From assembly GCA_976551045.1 (NCBI GenBank), contig CDPCPM010000196.1, positions 2,728,001 through 2,792,000 of the forward strand: a stretch of 64,000 bases of DNA, in the 5' to 3' direction. Each line of letters opens with the position of its first letter. Within the stretch, counting starts at the first letter, position 1. Source of the DNA: Glaucostegus cemiculus (lineage: Eukaryota). The notes beneath the pieces were generated by a model. It saw only the letters and a program-made list of their open reading frames with translations, searched no databases and was not told the DNA's origin. Shown in pieces: positions 11,272 to 26,215 of this stretch. The translations under genes and the position numbers were made by a program.

Positions 11272-12950
11272 GTATTGGTGATGGTATCGGCGTTGGTTTA
11301 TTATTTTGACGTAACTCGGTACAGTGAAAAAATGTCTTGCATACCGTCCGTACAGAACAATTTTATTACACAGTACATCGAGGTACTATAGTTTAACAAC
11401 AACAATAGAATACAGACTAAAGGGTCACAGAAGCAGGGAAGTGCATTGCAGGTGGGCAATAAGATGCAAATTCAAACAGGGTGAAGTCAAGACCACATCT
11501 CATCGGATAAGGGAACCGTTCAGTCGTCTTAGCGCCGTTGGATGAAGTTGTTCTTGTGCCTGGTGGTATGTGCCCTTAGGTTCATATACTGTATATTCTG
11601 AATGATGGCAGAGGAGAGAAGAGAGAATGACCCGGGAGGGTAAGGCTTTTGATAATGCTGGCTGCTTCACCGAGGCAGCGAGATGTAAAGTCTCCATGGA
11701 GGGGAGATAGGTGTCCGTGATGCGCTGGGCTGTGTCAACAACTCTCTGCAGTTTCTTGCAGTCCTGGGTAGAGCAGTTGCCATACCAAGCCTTGGTGCAT
11801 CCAGATAGGATGTGTTCTATGGTGCATCGAAACAAAATTAGTGACGGTCAAACGAGCCATGACAAATTTCTTCAGCCAGCTGAAGAGGTAGAGTCGCCAG
11901 TGAACTTTGTTGGTCATTGTGTCCACATGGTTATACCAGGACAGGCCAGGTGATGTCCTCACCTCGAAAGTTGAAGCTCGCAACCCTCATGACCTCAGCA
12001 CCATTAATGTAGACAGGTGCATATGCACCGTCTCCTTTCCTGAAATCAATGACCATCTCTTTTATTCGAGGGAAAGGTTTTGTTATGATACCATGTGAAA
12101 AAAACTTTCTATGTCCTTCCTGTACTCCGACTCACTGTTACTTGAGATACGGCCTACTACGGTAGTATCATGTGCAAACCTGTAGGTGGAGTTGAAGCAG
12201 AATCTGGGGAGTAGAGTAGAGTGGAGGGCTGAGGATGCAACTTGTGGGGCACTAGTGATGAGAATAATTGTGCAGATGTGTTGCTGCTTATCCTCAATGA
12301 TTACGGTCTGTTGGTCAGAAGGTCCAGCATCCAGTTGCATAAGAGCTGTTGAGTCCAAAATCTCGGAGTCTGGTGATGATTTTGCTTGGAATTATAGTCT
12401 TGAATGCGGATCTGAAGTCAATAAACAAATGTCTAACTTTGGTGTATTTACGGCTAGATTCTCCAGAGATGAGTGTAGGGCCAGGGAGATGATGTCCACT
12501 GTAGACCTGTGTTGGGGGTAGATGAAATGCAGTGGCTTGTAGTTGTCTGGGAGGCTGGAGTTAATTCGTATCATGACCAGCCTCTCGAAGCACTTCATGA
12601 TAGTGGATGGAACAGCCACTGGTCGGTAATCATTAAGGCATGTTACCTTTTGTTTTCCTTCTGTACTAGGATGATAATAGTCTTCTTAACACCGGTGGGA
12701 CCCTCATATTGAAGAAGGGAGAGATTACATATGTCTGCATATACCCCGACCGGTTGATCAGCACAAGATCTTAGCGGACGTCCTGTTACACCATCTGGTC
12801 CAAATGCTTTTCTTCAGGTTCACTCTCCCGAAGAAGGATCTTAAGTCTTCAATGGTGACCACGGGTTCAGTGGCATTTGAGGCTGTCATTTTAGAGGATG
12901 ACAATTCACTTATTTTCTGTTCAAACCGCGCACAGAATGTTTTCTCATGG
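11272..12950 (-). mobile_element. Rex1/Babar LINE, degraded RT plus 3' UTR
   Basis: Peptides VPSTIMKCFERLV, RSTVDIISLALHSSLENL, FAHDTTVVGRIS and ILSGCTKAWYGNCSTQDCKKLQRVV; (CCAATA)-like tail near 11272-11300. Confidence 0.88.
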
Positions 12951-13067
12951 CAGGCTCATTGACCTGGAACTTTCGATCTATTTCTGTTTCTGCTGATTTT
13001 GCCTGATTTATTAAGCATTCTCGGCAATGTCTCCTTGTTTAATTGATTAAATATAATTTATTGTACA

Positions 13068-14237
13068 TGTTGCGGATTAGGTTACTATTGGTGAATGTTC
13101 CTAGCACAGTAGTGTGTGTGTGTGTTGGGGGGGGGTGAGGGTGGGTATGGGTGTGGCGTGATTACGATAACATTATGAGTTAAGGGCGTGCTGACGTTTT
13201 GGAGCAGTCAGTCAGAGAAGAGAGAGCGAGAGGAGAGGGAGAGAGACTCCTTGTCTGCTGGTCTCTGTATCGATGGATGGAAAACAAAAACTTTGTCTGT
13301 CACGACAATCCATCTGGGAAGACGATTGAGAATGTTCTCAAATTTCTGCAGGAGGGGAGCTAGAGAGTTAACTGCTGTTCTGTCGATAACCAAAGACGTA
13401 GGTGATGGACTTTGCCTCAGACTCCTGTGCCTTGCTATCTTTTCCCATGCAAGATGTGGCACTCTAATGTTTCTAATTTGTTCTTCAAGAATGCTAAACT
13501 AAGGATGACGCCATCGTTGGTCACTTCTGCCATTTATTTGCTTTGCAAAACAAAAACACGATTTGTACTTGGAAGTTTGTAGTCATTTAGTCATGTAATA
13601 TAAATAAAGGCTATAATCGCTTGGTCGGGCAGAGCTGATGAACTCCACATTTAGGAGTCTCAACTTTACATGACATCATTCTACAATAAAGATTTCCGGA
13701 GCACATGCCTGCCGAGACCGTGTGATACTTTCCCACAACAAACCACGTCCGTATTTTTGGAATAATCCAGTGGAGTCCACTTCGACTTTAACCTGTAGCA
13801 GGAAACAGATTTTAGTGTGGATAACCATGTCTCGAATGCCTTTTGGCGTGGCAGGTACTTCGGAACAAAGGAATGGAGAATATCAGTGATTGAGATGTCG
13901 TATGTATTCCATCGTGGAACATTTGAATTTCGTATTTTCTCTTTACATCTTCTCTTCAGTCAACGGTGGTTTTGCAGAAGCCTTTGCTTACATTTCACTT
14001 TACGGCTTGCTAACCTAAACTTTGAGAACTATTCCTGGACTTGGAGTTTGAGAATTTTCCACATACATGCGTCAGGTTTTGTTTTTGGGGTTTATGCTTG
14101 ATATCCAAAGTTTTACTTCCAATATTCTAACATTTACAGTCCTTATTTTTTCTTATGATCATAAGTAGTTACTAATAAAATAGTTTTTAACATTTATACA
14201 TGAATCAGTATGTTTATTTTGTTGCTGATACGTCACA
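13068..14237 (+). mobile_element. Older, diverged relative of the same LTR family with an internal insertion
   Basis: Ends TGTTGCGGATTAGGTTACTAT and TTTTGTTGCTGATACGTCACA resemble the reverse complement of the young LTR ends. Flanks are TACA/CACA (imperfect TSD). Confidence 0.7.
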
Positions 14238-17200
14238 CACAATTAAAATTTCATACAATTTTGGCAAGTTTCATCAAATATTCTTCCCAGTGTTAGAGGT
14301 AGAAATCAATATCACACTTATAAGATACAGTATAAAGATGAATTGTTGTCAATGCGGCTTACAGATTTGACAACACACCGAGTAGTGGAACACTTTATTG
14401 GGTCTTGTTGTACTTCTTTGACGGCATGGAAGAATGGGATGAGATATCTTCATTGTTGCAATTTGCTACGAATTCACAAAATAACATGAAACACTGGAAC
14501 TTTTGCGTAGGTGAGGAAGAATCTTGCATGTGGAAATGTTTCTGATCACTGATATTCTCTCTTTTTTGATAAATCGTACTGCAGAGTTTCCAATAAAGGT
14601 TAGTTGGGAATTTTACCTGCCAGGAACAGCCTGGATATTTCTCTTCGTTCCTAGTACGTGAGATTTCGAGGAATTTGGCTGAAATTACAGCCTGTTAAAG
14701 TAAATTGTTACAAACGAAGCATTGCAGTTACTACTCAGTCAGATTACAGGGTCACTTTCTTGGTATAAAATGTGTAATGATTTCCGACCATCTCAAGTTA
14801 AATGTACAGCCTCCTGTTTGACGCCGTTTTACAAAATGTTCCATCTTCTCCTCTTCATGCAGACTCCCCTTCACGGCCGTCCAGGGTAAATGACCTGCAA
14901 ACAGGTGCAGTCAATTAACAGAAAGATATCTACATACAAGTAGTATGTCCGAGCTCGGCAGTAAAGAATCACAGGTATAAAATCAAAGAACGATGACTTC
15001 TCCACCGCGTTTAGTGGTTACAGTCCAAACTACATCCAGATAACAAAGTTCAAAAATACCCGCTAAATTACTCGACTCAATATTAAGGTCACTACATCTA
15101 TACGTATGTGTATCATCTGTTATGAGGTGAGTTTGTTCAGCAGTATTGCAAATGGGTATGATTTGTTGGGCCTTTGAAGCAACACGGTGAAACCGTTCGT
15201 CGGGCCACTGCCTCACATTCTGATCTCGGATGTTGTCTTTGTGAAATTTGCATGTTCTTCCTGTAACCACAAGGGTTTCGTCCAGCTTCTTCAATTTCCT
15301 CTCGCCACACATCACAAAGGCGTGCAACTTGGAAGGTGAATTATTTTCTGTAATGTTCTTCCAGTTAGTAGTGTGTTATAGAATCTGGGAGAAGATGTGG
15401 GAAATGTAGGAAGAAAAGAGAATGGTATCAATATTGGATAAGTGGAAATAGCGGTTGATGTTCAACACGGAATCAATGCGCCGAAAAGGCTATTTTCTTG
15501 CCGATTTTCCAATGACTCTGTGACAACGCAACTACCTCCACTTTCTGCTGCTCTGTTTTCTTCGAGTAAACCAGTGCATCGTGGATCATTGTGACAAGGT
15601 GATCAATCACACCATGCTAGTTAGGTACATAGCTTTGGTGATGGAGACAGATGGAATCAGAAGCTTGGAGGTGCATATAAGATACAGAGTATAAGGACCA
15701 TCCCATACTAGGTCTGCAGAGAGTCATAGTGTGGGACAGCACAGAAGAGGACCTCTCTGCATACCAAACCAATGGCGATCCTTTTCTCCACTTGCACTCC
15801 TCCTATTTGTCTACTTTAGGACAATATTGCCTCTTTAAGTGTCTTCCCAAATGCCTCATAAGCATATTGATTGTTTTTGATCCCATCACCACATTCACAA
15901 GAAGATTCTAAATTTCATTCACTCTGTCATTCATGTCATCCTGTCTTTGTAAAAAGCAAATAGCCAGCATGACCCCTTTGAAATGCTTTATTCTTACGTT
16001 ACGCGTATGCCATCCATCTTTGGATAGCTTGACTGTGGGACTGCAATACATATGATGCTGACTGCAGAGTGTGGACTTCTACTTCCCAATAATCAATTGG
16101 AGGATTTTTCCTTGTCATGTAAATCAGACATTCGCTATGAAACTGTGAGGTGGTTAGTTTGATAGGACTATAATACAGGTTTCCTAACAGTCAACAGGAG
16201 ATAGAGGAACAAATATGCAGATGAATCACAGGACTTTAGGAAGAGATTTCAACATCCTTAATATTAATAGGGATTGATTTGGTGTGAAAGGCTTTAATAA
16301 AAAGTGCAAGCAAAAGAAAATTTGAGACAGTACATAGGAAGTCCAAATGTACACTCGTTGGCAGTGCAGCTGGGTAAATTGTAAGAGTGTCAGTGTGACT
16401 TGATTGAAACCTAAATATGAACATACTAACGATGTATACCGGAAATCTGCAAAATATTGAAGCAGTTCCAACACGACCATCTCTCGCACTGCATTCAGTA
16501 TAGGCCACATAATCAGAGCAGTACAGAATGGTTACATAATAGCAAGACACCGTTGAGCCGGTTGATTTCGTACTGGTAGTTCTACGTTTGGGAGCATTGC
16601 ATGTTCTTTCCAGTTTGATTAAAACAAACTCTATTACAACTGGCTGCTTCCTGTTAGCTCACTATTTTGGCCATGTGGTTCCCTTTATTTAATTCCATGG
16701 CCGTAAAACCTGAAGCAATTTTATGTACCGTGTCCTTGTACATCACAAAAACCGCGTTTGCCCCATTGGCTTTTCTGCATTTTCACAAAAATAAGCTCAT
16801 GAATTTAGTTTCCCATGACTGGCTTTAATAATTCTACGTTTTTCCCTTTATAAGTCCACAGCTGGCTGAGTGGAACGGAACTATTTTAAAATTTGGTCCT
16901 TGTTCCTTCTTGATTTAGTAGCAAGAGGTATTCACAAATTAAGGTTGTACACGTGTTGAAGGTTATAGAAACTACATTATTAGAGGTTTCGGACGAATAA
17001 AATACAAAGGGAGAGTAATACATTAGTCAGAAGGAAGCAAAATAATATTTACCAACCAATCAAAGGACTGATCTATATTATGCAGGATTGAACCTCAGGT
17101 GTCCGACAGCTTTTCATGCAGCCTTCCGTCGGGGACTTAACACCGATCGGTACCTAGCCTCAGAAAAAGTGCAGATCTTCACAATGAACGTGCCCCCTTT

Positions 17201-18844
17201 TATATCCATCAAAAGCTTAACATAGATTTTACCCGAGTACTTTTCCATTTCCTTAGTTGTACCAGCCAGGTCCTCCTTATCAACGGCAATCTTCGACCTG
17301 AACAACTAACTTAGAAGCAGAGACAACAGGTCCGTAAAGAAGAAATCATTCTTCACCAGTACCTAATCTCAAGGATGTGCATCTGTACTCCCATAACTTC
17401 TCAAAACATTCCAACATTCCAAGTTGACACCATTTCGTGTTTCACACTGTTGTACATATGAAGGAGGAATCAGAATTAACTTTTGGTTAATTTATCACGT
17501 TCCTTACACTGACTGACTGCAAATAATGCCTTTGAATGTAATTTTTAAAAGTTTATATGCTAGCAATTTCAATCTGATTCGTATCTTCATATTAATGAAC
17601 ATGGTTTTGGCATGCGCATATTTTCGTTTTTTCCGGCGCACACCAGGGATCAATAGATGTATGGAAGGTTATGACAAGCCATAATTTATTCCTAATGAAT
17701 AGCTTGTTGCAGGGTTCCAACGCAAAACGTCAACTAATTCAATTCCACTCACAGATTCTGCTCGACCTATGGTGTATCTGCAACGAATTGTTTGTGACCA
17801 TTATATCTTATTTATTTCCTGTCAGAACTAACTCCTTCTTTACCTCAAACATTTCACATCCCGAATTAAAATTCAGTACAATGACAGGAGCATTTCTTGA
17901 ATTAAGAGTGAACTCAATGAAACTTGAGGATCATAGACCTGAAATTCGGGGCATTTTTTTAAAAGTCTGTAAACATCGGTTTCTTTCAATGTATAAGATA
18001 ATATCCCCTGGGTTAAACCTTCCGTGGTAAGTGTTTCCACTGATTGTATCGGTTCAAGCGACAATTTGTTCCCATTGTATGAGTTCCAGAAGTGGACGGA
18101 AGAGAAGGCAAAGTAAATCTCAATTTTCACTGGCTATTTGATTTTAGGAATAGAACAGTATGAACAGTTACACTCCTCACCTACGAAAACTAGGATATTC
18201 CGAAGATTTCTTTTTCTGTTAATTCCAGTGCAACATTTAAAACACAAGGTTGAATTTCATCTGGAATCTTCATTTACCTTCGCCCAATTTCTCCCAAATT
18301 TCCCAGTTGCTACAAACTTGTCAGATTCCCCATATGTCATTCTGTTTTCTGGATATATTTTGCTGTTCGTGTGACTATTCTTCTACCTGACACCAAGTGC
18401 TTTATTTTCATGATTTATAGCATTATGAAAAAAAAACAAGGGACGATTGATACATGAGACCTGAAAAGTGTCGATGCATTACATATATAACTATAGATTT
18501 ATTCACAGTTTCTTTTACATTCATCCGTCTGTACAAATATGTATCCTCAGATTCTGCAACATATTATCATTGCTACAGGAAATAGAGAAATTAAATAGAA
18601 GATGAAATGCATGCTCCCAATGATAATGCTCTCCATTCACTCTCTTATGTGACAGTTCTTATGCAGCAACGTCAGTCAGCAGCAGCATTTGTCATCTGGA
18701 TTACTTTGTTTAACTGACTGTAACTATCCTAATCATTTTGCGTTGCTCATGCTTCACAAGGTTTCTCTCGTGTATAATTATAAACTTTAATAGCCATCGA
18801 TGTATTCATACCATTGACAGCAAACGTATTTTATCCCCAAGACT

Positions 18845-20660
18845 GAAATAGCCAGTTATTATTCAGATGGAAAATACTTACTATCCTGTCCGCATATTAA
18901 GTTATCTCGGGGTTTCGTTGTGCAGCATTCATTGCACGAAGTATTTCTTTTACTATTTTGTCTGCGTGTTTTATACATGCCACTCATTGGCATCGAAAAG
19001 CCAGCCGACATATAACGTCTAGAAACGGTTGTCATAGTTTTTATAGGTAACAGCAATTAATATGACATTTCTCATTAATTTCGGACGCAAGCGTTAGGCT
19101 GGTAAGACATGTCGTGCATCCGTATGAAGAATCAGTCTGGATACATTGACTGAAATGGACATTCTTTGAATTCGAGAGGGTGCTAAATAACATGGAATGG
19201 ATATTCTATTGAAATTTTCTCTACCAAAGAGAACCAGAAGAGAACGTGACGCTCCCCAGATGTTATCTGTCTACCAGCTGGTGTTCTGCATATTCAGCGG
19301 GACTGCCGATCGTCCAGAGAATATACTATCTTCCCCATGTATTCTGAATTATCGAAGTCTACATGCTTGGGAGATCTCTGGTTTCAGAAGCTGTGTTCAC
19401 AAAATCTTAATCGGAAAATTGAAATGGGCTCAGAGTGAATAGGAAATAATGTTTTCCTTATGGTATGAAAGGCGGCAAGTCAGACCAATCTAGTCAATGG
19501 CTCCTCAAAGAGCAGTTATGCTTACCCACGAATTGTCATTATGTCACATTATTCGGAAATTCTCATCAACTTTCCCCAGATTCTACCACTTACCGACACA
19601 CTGGGCGAAATTTACAGCGGCCAAGAGAATATCCATATCTGTTGTGACAGGAATGAAGAGCTACCGGAGAATAAGCAGATGGTTACAGCAAAAACGTGCA
19701 AATACCACACAGAAAGCACTGGGGGTCATGATTGAAGCCCAGTCGCTGAAGCGATACCCGCTTTTCTCTTTTCAGAAAGAGGATATCAAAATATCGCACG
19801 GATTATAAAACTGTTTGAAAGGAAATTTTAAAAAAAAAATGTCTGTGTCGTTAATTTCAACCAGTGAATCTGGGACTGGTGCTAAGGAATTTATGAATGT
19901 ACATCGCAATTACCGTAGATATTTGTGCAGCACATCTTGGTCGGTTTTATATCAATAATTAAGATACTTGAACGTGAATGCACATCTAACGTTTCGTTGT
20001 CTTAAATTTGTGCTTGATTCTTCCTCGGAATTGACAAATACTTCATACTACAATGTCCAGCTCTGCAGTGCGAGTACTGCCAGACGCTATTTTTGACATT
20101 ATACAGTCCGTTCTAGTCGAGTGAAAGCGAATCATAATTTTTGCTGACTCGATTGAATCTAACAGTATTTAAAACAATCGAGTGTGTAAAAGATCCAGTG
20201 TGAATCGTTCAGTTCAGTGAAGCACATTGCAGTAGGATTTTTTCATTATTAATCAGCGACGTGAATCTACACGTACATCTGATTTTCAGAAGCAGAGTCA
20301 TATCAGCTATACTGGGGAAAGAAGTAGGTTTGAAAGTCACATAACCCGCACATTCCCTTGTGTCCAACTGTCAGATTAACTTTGCCCTACACAAATGGAT
20401 ATTGCTAATTGTAAACTGGTCTTTTCTGCAGCGAAATGTTGCCAATCGTCTTTGCTTCCCGGGGAACGTGTGGACTGCCCACATGCATTACTCTTTATCT
20501 GGCGTTCATGGCCGGACCTGATCATTGATTAAGTCTCCGGGAGGTAAAAGATGATATTCCCCATATTCATTTCTGAACTTAACACCTCGTTTTTTTTTTC
20601 CCATTGATTGCACCATCTGGCTAACAGCTGTCATCACTTGCAAAATATTTGTCACTACTA
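18845..20660 (+). pseudogene. GPR139-like copy 3: decayed exon 1 and 5' part of exon 2
   Basis: Promoter remnant 18640-18785. Exon-1 remnant (IIQMENTYYP) has no ATG or donor. Acceptor ctgcag ends at 20431, followed by RGTCGLPTCITLYL and PIDCTIWLT remnants. Truncated after TM3. Confidence 0.8.
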
Positions 20661-21432
20661 CGCAGATATCCAACGACTTACTTAGTGCAAACTAGGGATA
20701 TGTTGATTGCAGGTGCGCGGCTGATTAGTTCAATTCTGAAGGCTAGACAAAATGTTGTTTCTGGCAATTCCAGCCATTTATCTGAAATCTCAGTTCAGCC
20801 GGTACGAAACTGAATGAACCTCTAAGTATGAAACTTCAACAGTTGTCGAGTGGAAATCTGCAAACAGTGGAACGAAAGCCAAAACCACCATCTCTCACAC
20901 TGCATTCAAAATAAAATCCAAAAGCAAAGGACATAGAATGGTTACACAACAGTAAAACGCTATTCAGATTGTCGACCTCGTCCTTACTTTATGGAGCATG
21001 AAATTTCATCTCCAGTCTTTAAAAAAACAATTCACTACGATACTCTGTTTTCTGTTACCTCATCATTTTGTCCGCATCAACCCCAATTCCCTTATTCGTT
21101 ATTTTGTGCTTTCTCAATAACAAAAACTGAACTGATTCAACATAGTTTGCCAAGACTTTCCTTTAGCATTTATAAGATGCCGTCCTTGAGATTATATAGC
21201 ATTTATAATATTTGCCTGAGTGTAAATCATGTCATTCAGAACTCTTTTTGTCACCAAGCTAAACCGAAGAGACTTTCGTTGTGAAGTTATTTTCCATGCA
21301 GATTTTTGTAAATGTGGTAACACATACATTTCACCAGTCTTCTCGCGCAAGACATGAATATGTAAACATATGGAAAATTATGACAAGGTCAGAATTTCAT
21401 TTTACACTGCTGCCCGAACTGACTTCTTCTTG

Positions 21433-22231
21433 TGTTACGAAACCAGCAACAAAAGAAGCACACCAATTCATACTTCAGTGTTAAAACTACTTTATTAATA
21501 ACTACTTCCGATAATACGTAAAATAAGAACAAAAATTTAGTAGATTAGCACAAAACAAAATATTAGAATCTTAAACTATAACCCCAAAACTATTCGTCGT
21601 GTGTGTGTGGCAAATTCCTAAACTCCAAGTCCAGGAATTAGTTCTTAAAGTTCAGTTCAATAAGCCGTAAGATGAAACACGAAAAAGGCTTCTTCACAAG
21701 CACCGTCCACTGAAGACAAAACATAGATATAGAGAGAGATTAGAGAGGAATCACGAAATCCGAATGTTCCACTCGAAACTCAGACGACACTTCAGGGCTA
21801 ACTCGGTAGTGTCTTCCTCACCCCGAAAACTCCTGGATCGTGACTGTCCATGCAAATATATGTGTTCTTCTACAGGTTAGCAGCAAAGTGAATTCTGTCA
21901 CTTTGTTCTACAGTATCTGCCACTCTGAAGATCATCCAAAATGTGGCTGTCCACGCAAACACCTGTGTCCTTCTGCAGGTTACCGACAAAGTGAACTCCA
22001 CTGGACTACTCCAGAAATCCATCCACGGATTGTAGTGACAAACACAGTTACTGTCCTTCATCCATCGACAGAAACAAAACAGGCTGCCGTCTCTCCTTCT
22101 TCTCTCTCTCGGTCTGTTTTTCTTTCTTGTAATGACCTCATCACGTTAGTCTTACCTTCTGTTGACGTTGCACACACACACAATGTCCCATCCTAAAGGG
22201 ATATTTGACTATAGTAAGCTACTTCGTAACA
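21433..22231 (-). mobile_element. Solo LTR (Gypsy/ERV-type) with 4-bp TSD CTTG
   Basis: Starts TGTTACGAA and ends TTCGTAACA (9-bp inverted ends, TG..CA). CTTG on both flanks. AATAAA on the - strand near the left end. Internal ~85-bp imperfect direct repeat. Confidence 0.88.
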
Positions 22232-22339
22232 CTTGACATTGGTTAAGCATTTCCAATGCCCGGAGTTGGACTTCAACAGACAAACTGATGCATGCGTGGT
22301 AGCATTTATTTAATGTGGAGTGACGTCAAGTTAATGTGA

Positions 22340-22440
22340 TTTTTTTTTTTACTTAATTTTATTTTCAGCGTAGTAACAGGCCGCTTCGGCCCAGCGCGTC
22401 CCCGCCGCCCAATTTAAACCCCCTACCCGTACGTCTTTAG
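22340..22440 (-). repeat. Short 5'-truncated retroposon 3' end with poly(A) tail
   Basis: T-run then CAGCGTAGTAACAGGCCGCTTCGGCCC...ACCCGTACGTCTTT; CpG-rich, which suggests a recent insertion. Confidence 0.55.
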
Positions 22441-23361
22441 ATTTTTTGTACGTCTCGTTTTTTGTAGAGTAAATTTTGAGATATGTGTGTAACATCTGTC
22501 TTTTCTGACTACTTTCACTGTGATTAAATTACTTTCGCTGAAGTTATCCTTCGGTGTTAATCCGTGACTGTCAAAGTTGCTACTGTGCTTTTTCCTTTCG
22601 AAACTCAAGGACTTAATTTCTGTTGTAATATTTTAGGAAATGAACAGGAGATAATACTATTAAATATTTAACAGTGCTGTTTGTTTTCAGGAAACCTGAT
22701 AGACTTGAGCAATTAAACAGAACTTGGATGAAAATAACGATCCTTTGAAAACTGGCTTCCTCAAGTACAGTGAAACGTTTGAAACGCAACATGAAACCCC
22801 TTGCTAACGTGTTTGTCACGTTCGCTTAACATCTTCCAAACACTGCAGATTGTAGAAACTTGCCAAATTCTTCAGTTGCATACAATTGTCTGTTTATGTT
22901 TCAGTGTTCATTGGATTATTCGTCCATCTCACACTACGGGTTCATATTCATTATTTATGTCATTAATTAAGAAGTAAGATGGCTTTTCTTATACATGAGA
23001 CTTAAGAGATAAAGTATCACATACCGTATATGGCTCTTTAATTTTTCACGTCACCTTTAATAGGTTTGGGCAAATATGTCGTCGGACTATGCAACAGATT
23101 ATCATTCCTCCAGGAAATGGGAAAATCAAATGCATTGTATAAAGTATGTTCCAAATTATCATTCTCTCTGTTTACTTAATTTGGTGGCAGTTATTGCGCA
23201 GTAGCCATAATTAGCAGTATATTTTATCGTTGTTTGTTTAAATGACTGTCACTGATCCCAAGCATGTTGCCCTGTTTATGTATCACAAGGGTTATTTTGG
23301 GCATAATTTACAAACCTTAAAAGCAAGCGACATGTTTATGCACTGTCCCTTCACTCGGAGC

Positions 23362-24705
23362 ATGGAACAATCATTTCTCATTCAGATGGAAAATATTTAC
23401 TGCCCTATCCTTGATATATATGCCGGTCCGAGAGAGCCGCTTATTTTTTTTTTACTGTCACTCTTTCGCTGTGTTGCTCAGGAATTAATTGTATGTGTAT
23501 TATTACTTGTAGATTTGTTTCAAAAGCAACATTTACATATGACGAACGATATTGGTTTCCGTAGTGTTGATAGGGAACGACAATTAATCTGACATGTCTC
23601 CGTAATTTAAGGTGCGGTCCCCAGGTTGAAACAGCAGGTCATGGAACTGTGTGATGTGTCAGAACGGATGGATTGGTTAAATTAAACACCCATAAGCTTC
23701 CGGACCTTCTGAAATGACATGAAAGGATATATGTATTATAATTCTGTCTACTACGGGAAACAGAAGAGCGTCTGCCACTCCCTAAAAATGTACCGGCAAA
23801 CTGCTGGCCCACAGCATGTTCCCACCGCGACTGCAGCATTAATAATCTGGCCGCAAATTTTCTCCCTTCAATTTGTATTTATGTTCGCACATTTAAATAA
23901 ATCTGGGCCCAGAGCTGAGAAATTTAAGGATATTAATAAAATGGAATTTCAGATTAACTTGTTTCTAGACAAGTGAATGATAGTAATATTAATTTCGATT
24001 TTTTATCGATAATTTGTCCACAAACATGATTCGCTCCCGGGACTGTGTGGTCTCTTCAAATGCATTACCCATTATGAGGTGTGCATGACCGTATCTGATT
24101 TAATATTGCTTGATATTTGAGGTAATTCTCTGCCATATTAAAAACTGATATGTCCCATATTCATTCCTGAACGTAACTCCCATTTGTCGTGTCAACTGGA
24201 CCTTCATTTCTGTGTCCAGTGATTGGTAAATCTGGGTAACTCTTACCTTCACCTCCGATCGATTTGTCAGCATTTGTTCTCCGATGTTACGAGCAGAATA
24301 TTGCACAGGGAAACCTACAGCTTTGGTGATAGCAGCGGCGTCTTTCATAAGTATTTTAAAAAGTATCCCAGTATATTTTGCCTTCGTACCTCGAGAAATA
24401 ATTGTGTCTAGGTCATGCGTTTTGCAATCAGACATATGCACCTTGCCACTATGGGCAGCGTATGCATCGTGTGATACAATTTTAATCGTATTTTCACTTT
24501 TTCATTGATCATTCTATTCAACTCTCTGTCAATCACCCATAGTATACCAGACAATAGAGTGAGAATCATATTCCGAGGAAGCAAGAACGATAACCATTCT
24601 GCAATTCAAGAGGCGGGGAAACGAAGAAAGATGAAGATATATTTTTTGTCGTCTATGACAGCTTCATAAGTCCGTGGGTAATAAGTTTCATATACTTGCT
24701 TAGCA
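23362..24705 (+). pseudogene. GPR139-like copy 4: both splice sites lost, stops, truncated in TM6 by CR1
   Basis: MEQSFLIQMENIYCPIL from ATG 23362; donor reads GAGAG. Exon 2 from ~24009 includes LRAEYCTGKPTALVI...IPVYFAFVPREII. Promoter cassette 23165-23310 with TAATTAG at 23208. Confidence 0.88.
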
Positions 24706-24709
24706 CACA

Positions 24710-26215
24710 CTGCTAAGAGTCCTGACACTACACTTCTATTCTGCTTTGGAATTCAATCTCCCAAAATGCCTCACTTCACACGATCCGGGTTGGACTCCAT
24801 CTGTCACTTCTCAGCCTAGTTCTACATTCTATAACTGTCCTGTTGTGATTCACAGCGACACTCTGTGCTATCCACAACACCACCAACCTTTGTATCATCA
24901 GCAAACTTATTAACCCACCCTGCTACGTCCTCATTAAACTCATTTATAAAAGTCGCAAAGATCACGGATCTCAGAACAGATCCCTGCGATACAACACTGG
25001 CCACAGACCTCCAGGCAGAATATATTCCGTCTACCACCCCACTCTCTCTTCCCATGGGAGAGACATGTATGAATCCACACATCCATGTTTCCCTAGATCC
25101 CATGCCTCCTGACTATCTGAATAAAACTTCCATGAGGAACCTTATCCAAAGCATGACTAAATTCCATGGACACCACATCCACTGCTCGACCTTCATCAAT
25201 GTGCTTTGTCACATCCTTAAAAAAAATCATTCAGGCTCGTGAAGCACGACCTGCCCCTCACAAAGCCATACTGACTGTACCTAAACAGCCTATGTTATTC
25301 CAAATGTCAACAAATCCTGTCTGTAAATATCTTCTCCAGTGATGTGTCCACCACTGAAATAAGGATCACTGGTCTTTAATTCTCTAGGCTGTCCCTACTC
25401 ACTTTCTTGAGAAAGAAACAACATTTGCCACCCTATGATCATCTAGCACTACCACTGTGGACAGTGAGGACACAAATATCATCGCCAATGTTCCAGCAAT
25501 CTCTCCCCTTGCTTTCCGTAATAACCTTGGAGATATCCCATCCGTCCCCGGTGACTTATCTATCCCAACGTTTATCAAAAGTTTCAACATATCCTCTTCC
25601 CTCACGTCGACATGTCCTAGCATATAAACATGCCGTTCGCCATCCTCACAAATGTCAATATCTCTTCTTTTTGGTGAATACTGAAGCAAAGTATTCAAGG
25701 GCCTCCCCTGCTTCTTCTGACTCCAGGCACCTGTTTCCTCTTCTATCCCTGATCTTTACGACCCGCCCTCCAGTCATCCTCTTATTCTTTACGTACATGC
25801 AGAACGCCTTGGGGATTTCCTAGATTCTACTCACCAAGGACTTCTGATGTACATTTCTAGCTCTCCTAATGTGTTCTGAAACTCCGTCCTGGTTGCCTTG
25901 GAACTCGCCGGAGCCCTGTCTGGTCCATACTTACTTAACCCCAAGTAAGCTTCTTTGTTCTTCTGGTCAAGACATTCTACAGCTTGTTTCAACTACGGTT
26001 CCTTCACGCTAACAGTATTTCCCTATGTCACTGGGACAAACCTAATCAGAGCCTTATGAAAGCATACCTCAAAAAACCTCCATATTTCCGCCGTGCTCTT
26101 CCCCAAGAACATCTTTTTTCACAATGTCCGCTCCCACGTTCCTGCATAACAGCATCCTAATTCCCCCTCCCCCAATTAAATAATTTCTCATCTCCCTATC
26201 TCTCTCCAAAGCTAT
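24710..26215 (-). mobile_element. CR1 LINE ORF2 fragment truncating copy 4
   Basis: DKSPGTDGISPRLLRKARGEIAGTLAMIF and VASVVSQGSVL...FINEF...NKFADDTKVGGVVDS. Confidence 0.9.
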
